A DNA stretch of 64,000 nt from Neoechinorhynchus agilis (lineage: Eukaryota; Animalia; Acanthocephala). The first letter of the stretch is position 1, and each line of letters opens with the position of its first letter. A model generated the notes under the pieces. That model made no database searches, was not told where the DNA came from, and saw nothing but the letters and a program-made list of their open reading frames with translations. Below are positions 23,400 through 35,864 of the stretch, piece after piece. The position numbers and the translations under genes are program-made. The stretch covers positions 13,531,480 to 13,595,479 of the forward strand of contig CM121342.1 of assembly GCA_051530055.1 (NCBI GenBank), read 5' to 3'.

Positions 23400-26300
23400 T
23401 TGTCGACCGTGGTTCGACAGCAGAAGCGAATAGCAACTTGAATACCGTTTCTCTGAAGTCAACCCAGTTTTGGTCACAACAACCACGAATCTGGTTAAGC
23501 TGAGGCTCAATTTGCATTACGAAATATTTCAACAGATGAAACAAAATATCACTACGTTATTGCTTCACTTGATCATGACACTGCTATAAGGTTTATCGAC
23601 ATGCGCTTGCTGAAAACGTATAGTTTGTCACAGAGTGAGAGGGCAAATCGAATCCTTCAAATAATTGAGCTTGGAGACGAAAAGCCTTCGGCGTTAATGG
23701 ATGAAATGCTAGCGTACCTCGAAAGCAACCCACCATGTTTTTTTATTCCGCGTAATATTTCTTGAACGCATGCCTGAGGAGATCCGATATATTCTAGTTC
23801 ATTCCAAAATAACCGAACCTCGTGAGCTTGCACGCGCTGCCGAAAACATTTGGCAATCAAGGCAACCTTTAGCGTCCTCAATTAAGAAAAAGATTGCGAC
23901 CAAGCAAATCCCAGTAACAGTATCAGATTTATGCTTTTACCACCGTAAAATTGGAGATAGAGCAGCGATCGGCGGATTTCAAATTGAAAGCCAACCCGAA
24001 AAACGAATTGACCGATCATTAGTAGAGGCAATGATGATCGGTCCCTCTGTCAATAGCCTCTTTTTGCTAAACGAACGCCAAACTGGACGACGGTTTCTAG
24101 TCGATACTGATGCCGAAGTCAGCGTCCTTCCTGCCACAACACTCGATAAACAGACCAAACACTCTGGCAGAGCACTTACAACTGCAAACGGTTCAACAAT
24201 CCCAACATTTGGCAACAAGCTACTGCAGTTGAATTTCGGTAAAACTCAGACGGAATGGATGTTTACTCTTGCAGCGGTTAAACACCCTATCCTAGGCGCT
24301 GATTTCCTTCGACACTCGGGTACGTAAGGAATAAGCAGCTGGTTAGTGCAGAAACCTTCGCAACGATACCATTAGCCTCCGTTCCTGTATCGATCGAAGC
24401 CCTCAGCGTCGATTTCCTCGGATCGAAGAACGAAGAATTTAGTAAAATTCTCGCAGATTTCCCCGATATAACGAGACCTACCTTTTCGGACGTTTCGACC
24501 AAACATGCAGTGGAGCACATTATTGAGACACAAGGACAACCACTCCATGCTAGACCGCGACATCTCCCGCCCAATAAACTCGCTATTACTAAATCCGAAT
24601 TCAAAAATATGGAGGATCTTGGAATCATTAGACGCTCAAATAGCCATTGGTCGTCTCCGTTGCATCCCGTAATCAAATCAGGCGGTGGATGGCGTCCTTG
24701 TGGCGATTACCGCAGGCTAAATGATATCACAACGCCTGACAGATATCCGATTCCTCGAATACAAAATTTTTCAGCTAAACTCGCTGGAACAACGATTTTC
24801 TCGAAAGTGGTATGGACTTTGCTTTCGTCTACTTAGATGATATACTGATCGCAAGTGTACAGTACGATTGCCAGATAAAGTAAGCACGATTCGCAGTTTC
24901 CCTACTCCAACATCCACCAAAGCTTTGCAAAGATTTGTTGGTATGGTAAATTATTATCATCATTTCATCAATTCGGCAGCCCGTCTGATGCGTCCGCTCT
25001 ACCAAGCGCTTTCTGGTAAAACAAATATACGAAGTTTTTCTTGGACAGTTGAAATGGCTTCAGCATTCGAAAAAACTAAAGCGGCTCTAGCAAACGCAAC
25101 GATGCTTTGACATTCAGTGACCGACGCACCAATCTCTATCAGTACAGATGCATCCGAGTTCGCTATTGGCGCTGTTCTACAGCAGAAAGTGTCCGATTCA
25201 TGGCAGCCGCTGGCATTCTTCAGCAAACAACTGTGTAAACCTGAACAACGGTACAGCACCTTCGATCGCGAGCTTCTGGCCATGTATCTCGCTGTCCGAC
25301 ATTTTCGATCTTACGTCGAGGGCCCATCGTTTACGATTTACACTGATCATCGACCTTTAGTTTATGCATTGTCAAAAGTTTCGGATCCTTGGTCAGCCCG
25401 TCAACAACGACATTTGAATTATATATCTGAGTTCACGACCAATATCGAACACGTTAGTGGACAAGAGAACAAAGTTGCCGATGCATTGTCCCGCGTTGAT
25501 TATTTAGCCAGCATTTCCGAAGGAATATCGTTTGAAGCGATGGCAGAAGATCGAAAGTCCGATCAACACATCCAGGCATATCGTTCAGTGAATACTTCGC
25601 TACAGTTGAAAGAAATTCCTTTCAATGGCACAGGACAAACTATTTTGTGTGAAATTTCGACTGGCCGTTATAGACCGTTGGTACCATCATCTTGGACGAA
25701 ACGAGTTTTCGAGGCTGTACACCAGCTGTCCCACCCTGGAATAAAAGCAACCCGTAAGTTGGTTAAAACAAGATACGTTTGGCCTGGTTTATCAAAGGAT
25801 CTTGGTGCCTGGGTTCAGTCATGCATCGGATGTCAAAAGGCTAAGGTTCAAAGACGCATACGAGCACCGCTTTCTACTTTCGAACCTCCGCAACGTCGAT
25901 TTGATCACATCCATATAGATTTAGTAGGTCCGCTACCGGCATCACAAGGTTTCACTCATTTATTATCCGTGATAGATCGATATACTAGATGGCCCGAGGC
26001 GATTCCTTTTAATAATACCGACGCCGTCACGTGTGCAAGAGCACCTATCAGCCAATAGATAGCTCGTTTCGGTATTCCTAACGACATCACCTGCGATCGA
26101 GGACCACAGTTCATATAAGAGCTGTGGAGAACAATCACAGAACATTTAGGAATGAAGCTCCACCGCACAACCGCGTATCATCCTCAATCCGATGGAATGG
26201 CAGAAAGATTCCACAGGCATCTGAAATCGGCTTTGAAAGGTAGCCTCTGCGGAAACAAGTGGATCGACGAATCGCCTTGGATTTTGTTAGGAATTCGCAC

Positions 26301-26759
26301 CGCGCCCAAAGCCGACCTTGATTCCTCGGCAGCAGAGCATGTATATGAAAGTGCCATCAACATACCTGCCGATTTTCTTAATTCTTCACTTAGCCAAGTT
26401 GATTCTCACACTCATCTACAACGGCTACGTAATAAGGTTAAATCTCTTGCGCCCATACCCGTTGTGAACCATGGTAAATTGACGACGTTTCTACCACACG
26501 CTCTCAGCAGAGCATCGCTCGTTTTTGTCAGACGCGGGCAGCATGGGAATCCTATACAGGCGCCGTATACCGGACCTTACAAAGTACTTGATCGCAACGA
26601 AAAGTTTTTCATGATCGATCTCGATGAAATACCAGAGAACGTATCGATAGACCGCCTCAAACAAGCGTATACCGATCCAACATCACCCGCCATTCTCGCT
26701 CAACTTCCTAAACGAGGCATATCTCGCGAAAAAACGGAAGAACCTTTTTGAGGGGCCTA

Positions 26760-26881
26760 TTTAATGACCATTAACGACGTCATAAGGTTCATGTTAACGT
26801 TTCCCGTGTTATGTTGGAAAAAAACCATTTTTGTGCGCCGACAGTAGATTTTTCGATCTAATGATGCCAGCTATCACAACA
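26760..26881 (+). repeat. 3' LTR, preceded by a short purine tract (GAGGGG)
   Basis: Direct repeat of 23260-23383; terminal TG mutated; no clear target-site duplication. Confidence 0.88.
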
Positions 26882-28605
26882 ATTGTCATTTTTCTCGGAA
26901 TGACAATCTTATCTTCTTCTGGCCATTAACATAACTTCTCATCAACGAAAAGAGACAAGCCACATAACATAATAAAACAAAGTGGTTTTTAATACGTTTA
27001 ATCAGCTAAGATTGTTGCGTTTCAAGAAAAAACGAGTCGCGCTTTTTGTAATTGTACACCAATGAGGGTTGCGGCTGCGTCCCAAGCACAAAAAGTTGAC
27101 GTCCGATTCTAGCAAAAACTGATGCGCATTTCGACAACGTGTTCTTTGAAATATTGCGGCGGTTAAAGATTGTAATCATTTAGTTTGTATCGATCACCTT
27201 TGGGTTTTGTCCAATAATTAGAACTCCAACGGTCAGTGTTCAGTTTTGAATGATTAACTTGCACCATTGATTTAAATTCAATTAGTATGCCTTTATTAAC
27301 AATTTGAAGTTTAAAACTTAACTTGCAAGTTTTCGTATAAAATTTTAATTTTTGAAATTTATTAGCATAAAATACTTGGACTTGTTGTTCGGAAGTTAAT
27401 ACAGCGATGAGTGCCAGAATAAAGCATGTTCGTTTTCAATTCCAAACCGATTTTATAAATTTGGATTCTGCCATTCTTGAAAGTACATAGTAACGAGATA
27501 TCTAAATCAATAAATGGAAAACTAGCCTATCACAAAAATATAAGATTAGCGACTTAAGGTGGCCAAGAGATAAATATTTTGAACTTTTGGACAGTGAATT
27601 AAGAAAAGCTTGTCCTTGGGAATGATTTTTCGTGCCCATCGATATGACACGAAGACCGAAGAGGTCAGAAATCAAGCTTGTTCCTAGCACAACTTTGATC
27701 AATGTCTTATGCTCGAGACTAAAATCGATACAATACATTATGTAAACAGAATCTCGGAAACGAAGCAAAAATATACTCGGTATCTTTTGCGAAGGGGTTT
27801 TAGCAAGATAAAATATTCGAAAGGATACAATAATTACGGATTACCTAAATCAACGATAGACCCACTGATCTCCTGAAAAACTATTCCGCGCGTGAATCGC
27901 ACACAACTCACGATATGAAGAAAAAACATTAAAAAATAGACTAGATAAGGCAATATCTGCAATGACAACACATAAAAATGTATTGGCTAGCAGATTCACT
28001 ATTGTATCTACAGAAATTTATGAAAGATTATCTCAGCGACACGCAGTATCTCTTGCAAGGAATAATACTGCTACCAAAAATATGCAAAACAGTCATTAAA
28101 CTATTTGGTGGAATGGCGTAGATGAAAAAAATAGGTAGTAACAATCTTATTTTGATGAAATACAGAACTGTTAAATAATTGCACTACCGTTGAATGTATT
28201 CACTTCTGGATCTTGGAGCAATAACATTGTTCCGACTGCTACGAACTTCGACAAAAAATTTGATCCATACTATAAAAAAAGTTAAACTTTTGTTTTCCAT
28301 AATCTATTGAGTAATACCGCGATTTCATTTCTTGACTCTATTATGTGCCCGTGCCCACCCCAGTTTTTCGAAGATTTAAAAGTAGCAACATACATTTTTT
28401 TTGAAAAAACACATCAATTCACCGTTAACATCCTTATTTAACTGGTTTTCCATCGACCGAAACGAAACCATTGAAACCGCAGCCTCAACTTCCGACACAA
28501 GTGTCAGATACACCAAAAACAACTGCGCGCAATAAAATATTTAAAAGCAGCGCACAGCGATTTAAGTTTAAAACATTCTGGGTAAAACCAACTTGGCTAC
28601 TCATT

Positions 28606-29892
28606 TTAAGCCATTTTAATATCTCCACGTAATTTCAATTTATACTCGTTCGCTTCACAGGAATCTCCTATCTTGTTTTCCTCACATTCTACCATTTCAA
28701 CATCATCACCATCAGCTTTTATAATATTATTCTCCGGGTACGATTCAACGGCTAAACGCTTAGCCGGACTTTCTCCATATTCTGCCATTACTTCATCTGG
28801 GTCGTCCACTAAAATGTGACGCTTCAGAAAGGATCCAATGTCTCTGAGACCATTTTTCTTTAGTATGAATAATTCGACTAAGAATTTCCTGTTGGGCACA
28901 TTATAACCCACAATCTTGACTATTAGTCGTCCTCCAGATGAGTAGCGATCGTGCAATTTATCAATCTTGATCTTTACCGCTTGTTTGTGTTCATCTAATG
29001 GAGTTATTCTGACAACTTGGCACCGGTGGCACATTTTCGGAATGGCACTCAGCATCGGAGCCATACTAAAACACAATTCCTTTGGGACGCATCTTCGTTT
29101 TCCAGAGTCAATCTTTTCCACTCCAAGAGCGTCGTCATCTTTCATTAACTTCATGATTTTAACGCGCTCGAATCTTCGGGTTCCGCATTTAAGAAGTGCA
29201 AATGAACCCACTGATATTTCCTTCATATTAAAATGTTCGGCTACAATGCCATCAATATTGAAAACTTCTTTGTTTGTGTAGAAATAACTTTCCATTTCAA
29301 GTTGAGACACGCACAAATTCTCCAGGTCAGTGAAGGACGTAAATTTTGAGGCCATGTTAATATTTATAAGATATTTGCCGTCATCTTCATCTTTTCTATA
29401 TAAATCACAAGTAACATCACCACAAATTTTAGAGTCTGGCACTAGCTCCTGCTCGATAAGCCCAGTGAAGTCTCCTCTTAAGAGATCAAGTTTGCAGGGT
29501 AGGGCGAGAATAGGAATCGCATTAAAGACCTTCTTGACCGGTCTTAGATTTAATAGAGGGAGCCACTCAGAGTGGCCGTAATCGAGAAACAACACCTCAT
29601 AACGATTCTCTTTCTCATTTATATTCGTTATGCGTCCCCTGTACCATTTGCTGTCCGTTTGGGACTTGGCCACACATTTCGAGTTTTGTAGGTAAAAGTA
29701 CTTTGGACGAAAGACTAAGCGCTCGTACTTTCGATTGAGTCTTTGTTGAATATTTAAGAAATCGTTCCAAATAAGACTCGGGACGACATAAATATTATCT
29801 GGTCCAGACATATACATGATTCGACAAGGAATCTGGTCTTGCAGAGATACTTTAAATCGAGGAAAATCATCAGGAGGGATGTAATCTGTCAT
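28606..29892 (-). CDS. Extended-Tudor-domain protein (TDRD-like), left copy, intronless
   Basis: Tudor motif CVAKSQTDSKWYRGRI...YEVLFLDYGHSE plus a second degenerate Tudor; likely ATG 29892. Confidence 0.9.
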   Translation of the reverse strand: MTDYIPPDDFPRFKVSLQDQIPCRIMYMSGPDNIYVVPSLIWNDFLNIQQRLNRKYERLVFRPKYFYLQNSKCVAKSQTDSKWYRGRITNINEKENRYEVLFLDYGHSEWLPLLNLRPVKKVFNAIPILALPCKLDLLRGDFTGLIEQELVPDSKICGDVTCDLYRKDEDDGKYLININMASKFTSFTDLENLCVSQLEMESYFYTNKEVFNIDGIVAEHFNMKEISVGSFALLKCGTRRFERVKIMKLMKDDDALGVEKIDSGKRRCVPKELCFSMAPMLSAIPKMCHRCQVVRITPLDEHKQAVKIKIDKLHDRYSSGGRLIVKIVGYNVPNRKFLVELFILKKNGLRDIGSFLKRHILVDDPDEVMAEYGESPAKRLAVESYPENNIIKADGDDVEMVECEENKIGDSCEANEYKLKLRGDIKMA

Positions 29893-30444
29893 TTTTGTTA
29901 AGTCGAGAGGAAAAGAGAGAAAGTTCGATGAGTACAGAAAGTAAATGCAAAAGTCAATGAAGTTGCCTCGCACGTTAGCTCAGTAGAAAAACGTTAGCCA
30001 ATCAGATTGCACACTGGGGCAAAAGCCATATGCTGATCAGTAATCCCCCGCCGCGTTTCAATTTAATTTTAATAGTGAGACAGCGCCCTATTTTATGGGA
30101 ATGCCGGCGATTTTCAAAGGAAGTGCAAATTGAACATTTTCAAAAATTCTAGAAGGATCCAAAAGTTATAACATCCAAAAATATTTTATAGGTTTAATGT
30201 TTATAGTTTTTATTTTCCTGGATCTATCACGAAGATTCACATTCCTTATGCTTAATCTACCTGAAGATTTAGGAGTTGAGGACATTCACTTCATTGAAAC
30301 TGATTTAGGTGTTATACTCATTAAATGTTTACTCCACTAAGAATTGCATAAGTAAAATGTTCAATTTGCATTTCCTTTGAAAATTGCCGACATTCCCATA
30401 AAATAGGGCGCTGTCTCACTATTAAAATTAAATTGAAACGCGGC

Positions 30445-30500
30445 GGGGGATTACTGATCAGCATATGGCTTTTGCCCCAGTGTGCAATCTGATTGGCTAA
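30445..30500. promoter_or_regulatory. Candidate promoter elements of the Tudor gene (GC box, inverted CCAAT), mirrored in the left arm
   Basis: GCGGCGGGGG and CTGATTGGCTA ~100-160 bp upstream of the ATG. Confidence 0.4.
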
Positions 30501-30601
30501 CGTTTTTCTACTGAGCTAACGTGCGAGGCAACTTCATTGACTTTTGCATTTACTTTCTGTACTCATCGAACTTTCTCTCTTTTCCTCTCGACTTAACAAA
30601 A

Positions 30602-31888
30602 ATGACAGATTACATCCCTCCTGATGATTTTCCTCGATTTAAAGTATCTCTGCAAGACCAGATTCCTTGTCGAATCATGTATATGTCTGGACCAGATAAT
30701 ATTTATGTCGTCCCGAGTCTTATTTGGAACGATTTCTTAAATATTCAACAAAGACTCAATCGAAAGTACGAGCGCTTAGTCTTTCGTCCAAAGTACTTTT
30801 ACCTACAAAACTCGAAATGTGTGGCCAAGTCCCAAACGGACAGCAAATGGTACAGGGGACGCATAACGAATATAAATGAGAAAGAGAATCGTTATGAGGT
30901 GTTGTTTCTCGATTACGGCCACTCTGAGTGGCTCCCTCTATTAAATCTAAGACCGGTCAAGAAGGTCTTTAATGCGATTCCTATTCTCGCCCTACCCTGC
31001 AAACTTGATCTCTTAAGAGGAGACTTCACTGGGCTTATCGAGCAGGAGCTAGTGCCAGACTCTAAAATTTGTGGTGATGTTACTTGTGATTTATATAGAA
31101 AAGATGAAGATGACGGCAAATATCTTATAAATATTAACATGGCCTCAAAATTTACGTCCTTCACTGACCTGGAGAATTTGTGCGTGTCTCAACTTGAAAT
31201 GGAAAGTTATTTCTACACAAACAAAGAAGTTTTCAATATTGATGGCATTGTAGCCGAACATTTTAATATGAAGGAAATATCAGTGGGTTCATTTGCACTT
31301 CTTAAATGCGGAACCCGAAGATTCGAGCGCGTTAAAATCATGAAGTTAATGAAAGATGACGACGCTCTTGGAGTGGAAAAGATTGACTCTGGAAAACGAA
31401 GATGCGTCCCAAAGGAATTGTGTTTTAGTATGGCTCCGATGCTGAGTGCCATTCCGAAAATGTGCCACCGGTGCCAAGTTGTCAGAATAACTCCATTAGA
31501 TGAACACAAACAAGCGGTAAAGATCAAGATTGATAAATTGCACGATCGCTACTCATCTGGAGGACGACTAATAGTCAAGATTGTGGGTTATAATGTGCCC
31601 AACAGGAAATTCTTAGTCGAATTATTCATACTAAAGAAAAATGGTCTCAGAGACATTGGATCCTTTCTGAAGCGTCACATTTTAGTGGACGACCCAGATG
31701 AAGTAATGTCAGAATATGGAGAAAGTCCGGCTAAGCGTTTAGCCGTTGAATCGTACCCGGAGAATAATATTATAAAAGCTGATGGTGATGATGTTGAAAT
31801 GGTAGAATGTGAGGAAAACAAGATAGGAGATTCCTGTGAAGCGAACGAGTATAAATTGAAATTACGTGGAGATATTAAAATGGCTTAA
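30602..31888 (+). CDS. Extended-Tudor-domain protein (TDRD-like), right copy, intronless
   Basis: Identical to the left copy except one residue (EVMSEY vs EVMAEY); likely ATG 30602. Confidence 0.9.
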   Translation: MTDYIPPDDFPRFKVSLQDQIPCRIMYMSGPDNIYVVPSLIWNDFLNIQQRLNRKYERLVFRPKYFYLQNSKCVAKSQTDSKWYRGRITNINEKENRYEVLFLDYGHSEWLPLLNLRPVKKVFNAIPILALPCKLDLLRGDFTGLIEQELVPDSKICGDVTCDLYRKDEDDGKYLININMASKFTSFTDLENLCVSQLEMESYFYTNKEVFNIDGIVAEHFNMKEISVGSFALLKCGTRRFERVKIMKLMKDDDALGVEKIDSGKRRCVPKELCFSMAPMLSAIPKMCHRCQVVRITPLDEHKQAVKIKIDKLHDRYSSGGRLIVKIVGYNVPNRKFLVELFILKKNGLRDIGSFLKRHILVDDPDEVMSEYGESPAKRLAVESYPENNIIKADGDDVEMVECEENKIGDSCEANEYKLKLRGDIKMA

Positions 31889-32943
31889 AATGAGTAGCCA
31901 AGTTGGTTTTACCCAGAATGTTTTAAACTTAAATCGCTGTGCGCTGCTTTTAAATATTTTATTGCGCGCAGTTGTTTTTGGTGTATCTGGCACTTGTGTC
32001 GGAAGTTGAGGCTGCGGTTTCAATGGTTTCGTTTCGGTCGATGGAAAACCAGTTAAATAAGGATGTTAACGGTGAATTGATGTGTTTTTTCAAAAAAAAT
32101 GTATGTTGCTACTTTTAAATCTTCGAAAAATTGGGGGTGGGCACGGGCACATAATAGAGTCAAGAAATGAAATCGCGGTATTACTCAATGGATCATGGAA
32201 AACAAAAGTTTAACTTTTTTTATAGTATGGATCAAATTTTTTGTCGAAGTTCGTAGCAGTCGGAACAATGTTATTGCTACAAGATCCAGAAGTGAATACA
32301 TTCAACGGTAGTGCAATTATTTAACAGTTCTGTATTTCATCAAAATAAGATTGTTACTACCTATTTTTTTCATCTACGCCATTCCACCAAATAGTTTAAT
32401 GACTGTTTTGCATATTTTTGGTAGCAGTATTATTCCTTGCAAGAGATACTGCGTGTCGCTGAGATAATCTTTCATAAATTTCTGTAGATACAATAGTGAA
32501 TCTGCTAGCCAATACATTTTTATGTGTTGTAATTGCAGATATTTCCATTTTTGTTAAAAGGGGTGCTGGTCTTCTCTTGGAGGTTTTTCTTTTGGACGAC
32601 GAAATTATGGCGTTTGTGATTAGTCAACTTTCATATAATACGAATTTATAAAATCATAAAGAATTAGCAGCGACAAAAGTGGGAATAAAAGCACATTTTT
32701 AAAAGTTCCTGAGTGGTTGCAATTTATTAAACATTGATGGTTGCTGATTGAAATAAGCGTATCTAGTGAAAAACATGGAACATTACAAAAATGCCATTGA
32801 AAAAATATGCGAAAATGGATTGGTTTTCCTGTCTTAAACATTTTCTTTTTTTGTCATAATTGGTAATTACTTTATCGTTTACTAGCTAACAAAAGGATAT
32901 TCCCATTTTGCGACATTAAATCATGTATTCAATATTTTGATAG

Positions 32944-34941
32944 AAGGCGGCAAAACCTCGCCCATCTACGGTCTCGCATGAAGATCGCCAGATCCGTTCG
33001 CTTCATCAACAATTCCTTTGTCCCGGATAAAGGCTATTCTCGATCAAGATTGTTACAGCGGCAATGGAGTTGGTATTTTGGATTAATTTTAGGTTTTAAT
33101 GCTCTTTCTTAACTCAAAGGCAAGACGAGTTGCTGGATGCATTAGAAAACCAACTTTCATTTTTGACAGTCCAGTTAAATAACGAGAAAAAACGGTCTCA
33201 AGATGCTGATCGTCACATTGACGACCTAAATAACTTAATCGAAGAGTAAGACCATAGAAATTCAAGGCACTCTTGAAGGTATGATGGTCATTTAGAAAGG
33301 AAATACTTATTCAGGGACAAAATGGCGAGATTAGGGGTTTAAAACGCGAAAACGAGTCATTGAAACTTGAAAATCAAATGCTTCGTTTTCCGATAAAGCC
33401 CGAATTCAAAGAAGAATCGGTACAAACAATCGAAAATGGCGACAATTCCGAAGACGAGGCGAGTCGTCTTATTTTCGTAAACAAATCTTAATTATTTTTT
33501 AGACTGAAGAGCAAAATGGGTTTTATGTCGCTGTACTGAAAAAGGTATAGCTATCGTCATGTTAATAAGTTAAACATTTCAAATAATTTATAGAAGAATT
33601 TAATGTTAACCTTGAAATACTGAAATGTCATTTGAAAATAAAAATCCTAGAATTTTTTAAGCTAAGTGATTAAAAGTGAAGTTACAATTTCGAACGCTCA
33701 AAGTTGCGGAGGGTGCGGCGAAACATCTTTATTCCATATTGCCTCTAGGATGCCTTCAGCATTCTCCATCTGAATAATTTTTTGAAACATCGCCATAAAA
33801 TCATCAAGAGAAAATCCCTCAGGTTGATAGATTTTGAGATGTGATGATCATGCTCCACCGGATGAAACATATTGAGATATTTCGCGAGGAAGCCTCTCCT
33901 CACAAGTCATCTAAAAAGAATTTAGTTGTTGTGTATTGTATGGTTCAGCCAACGCAGAGGTTACGAGCGGATATACGGTCTCCGGACCTCGGGAATAACG
34001 ATCCCGCGAATCCTAGCCGCACAAAATAACTGAAATCGTTTTAAATGATTGATGAGGCGAGGCTTCCTCTTTCGAAATATCTCAATAAAATATGTTTTTG
34101 AATACTGGCCAGCCGGTAACTTTTTTATTAAGTATCTATGTGCGGCCTTTTATTCTCGGTTGATAATTTTCGTTGGGCTCACAGCCTACCGATCTGGTCC
34201 AGCGAAACGTATAAAATCATTTAATACCCATCGACTACACGGTTATAAGTTTGTACATCCCTCCGGATTCTCAGATACCTCCAGGAGGCGGGACTCATCA
34301 GTGCGTTTCCTCCCTTCAGCGGTATTTCGTTCCGTTTGGTTATATTGGCGGTAACGGATTATGTTTTATCCGAGCGATTTTGATCACGGCATCTCCATTA
34401 CCATAAAACGCGTAAATAAGCGTAAGTAACAAAATTAGAAATTTTAACCCTTGAATTTTTGCTATAAATAACAAATGATTTGTGAAAGCCTTTACTTGAT
34501 TAGATATTATCTGAGGTGAACGCTACAAAAGATATATGCCAACAAGTTGTTAAAGACGAGAAAGAGCACCAAACTTTGTCTATGAACCGCAGTCGATCCA
34601 TTAATTGCCGATTCGAGGACACTAATGGCTTTATTTCCCTTTTTGAGGAAATTCAAACGGTAATTTCTCCTCTATGATCTTGCTCCATCTAAAATTTATT
34701 CAAGATCCCGACCGTCGAATTATGTGATAATGACGATGTTGAAGAGCCAGTTAATGTTTCCATTCCAGATACCGCGATTTATGTGAACACTCAAAGAAAT
34801 AAGAGCGTAAACAAAAACGGTCAACTGAATAGCAAATTGTGCTATTTGATTCTTGCATTTCTTTCATCGGTTTTGTTATTGATTTTATTTGGATATTCGA
34901 GGATGGAGAAAACAGTTATTTTCGACGACCGATATGCGTAG
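32944..34941 (+). CDS. Uncharacterised coiled-coil protein with a C-terminal transmembrane anchor, multi-exon, start unresolved
   Basis: Exons join in frame: ...QRQWSW/QDELLDALENQL...NNLIEE/KEILIQ...; later exons ILSEVNATK...EEIQT/IPTVELCD...LCYLILAFLSSVLLLILFGY...DDRYA*. Confidence 0.5.
33800..34400. repeat. Palindromic repeat family 2, copy 1 (interrupted by SINE copy B)
   Basis: Arms AAACAT(...)ATTGAGATATTTCG...GAGGAAGCCTC at 33865-33900 and its reverse complement at 34050-34098, continuing at 34361-34395; homologous to 35270-35348 and 38796-39000. Confidence 0.65.
34099..34359 (-). mobile_element. SINE family 1, copy B: single 5'-truncated copy
   Basis: Homologous to copies A, C and D; intact 3' end ...CCGGCTGGCCAGTATTC(AAAAA); 8-bp direct repeat TATGTTTT (34091-34098, 34360-34367). 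Confidence 0.75.
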
Positions 34942-35348
34942 GATTTAAGAATTATCTAACTAAAATCCGTGACTGAATGATGGATCTTATGAATAAAACA
35001 GCATTTTAAATTCGACTTGTTAGTGGTTAGTCGTCAATCAAGCAATAATGTCTGCTTGCATAACAATGCTTACTCAAGTCGGTTATGAATTCAAACGGCA
35101 CCTTTCATAATTACCGATTTCCATTCACTTTTAAATGATTCGGTCGATATCATTTAATTTGAATGTTTAACATCAACTTTTGTCTACAATTGCACTTACT
35201 AATGAACCCACAGTTTTCGCGAAATATGGCAATGAGATATTTTTACGGAACATGAGATAACCCATACGTCCATTTTTAATCACTGAGAGAAAATCCTTCG
35301 GAAGAGCTGGTGATCATAATCCTGGACGGAAAAACATTCTATTGAGAT

Positions 35349-35864
35349 TTTAGCATCTTTATGCGTGGCTCAGCCACTTGCCTTTTTTATCGATAAGTAT
35401 AAAATGACTATTGTTTACCATACACGGCTGAATTATGGACACGCAGTCCACCGATTTCGGTCTAAGAAGCGCTGGTCGGCGCCCAATGTCCATGACCGTA
35501 CAGTTATAAGTTTGTAAGAATCCCTCCAGATCCTCAAATATCTCCCGAAGAGGTGTGACTCATCAGTGAGTTTCCTACCTTCAGCGGTATTTCGTCCCCT
35601 TCGGTTGTGGGTCATTAGCGATAACGTTTTTTGAACCGTTTGAACCTGAAATCCACGATCGCCGATGACCCACAACCGAAGGGGGCGAAATACCGCTGAA
35701 GGGAGGAAACTCACTGATGAGTCGCGCCTTTTCGGGAGGTATTTGAGGATCCGGAGGGGTCTTGGACATTGAGCGCAGACCAGCGCTTCTCAGACCGAAA
35801 TCGGTGGACTGTGTGTCCATAATTCAGCCGTGTATGGTAAAAAAATGCCATCTTACACTTATCG
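35349..35864. mobile_element. SINE family 1 (diverged subfamily), copy C: head-to-head dimer
   Basis: Palindrome 35389-35866; 13-bp direct repeat ATTCTATTGAGAT (35336-35348, 35865-35877); lies in a family-2 arm. Confidence 0.7.

Larger units (their letters stand above)
23260..26881 (+). mobile_element. Ty3/Gypsy LTR retrotransposon, CsRn1-like, defective
   Basis: gag (LGDEKPSALMDEM, CFYHRK), protease FLVDTD, RT ([17 protein letters not shown]; internal deletions), RNase H (TDASEFAIGAVLQQ, ADALSR), integrase (HIHIDLVGPL, TTAYHPQSDGMAERFHR); paired LTRs and PBS. Confidence 0.95.
27952..32543. repeat. 4.6-kb palindrome: arms 27952-30140 and 30354-32543, 213-bp spacer
   Basis: Arms are reverse complements with only scattered substitutions and a 1-bp indel. 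Confidence 0.97.

Noticed and set aside
27952-32543. Tudor palindrome as a retroposed head-to-head mRNA pair like the PLE insertions
   Set aside because: The arms include promoter-like upstream DNA, with no poly(A) at the outer ends and no target duplication; a DNA-level fold-back duplication is more likely
35695-35730. Hammerhead ribozyme in SINE family 1 (GAAAC...CTGATGAG)
   Set aside because: Only 3 nt separate GAAAC and CTGATGA and no stem II closing on GAAA follows; the topology does not fit any hammerhead type
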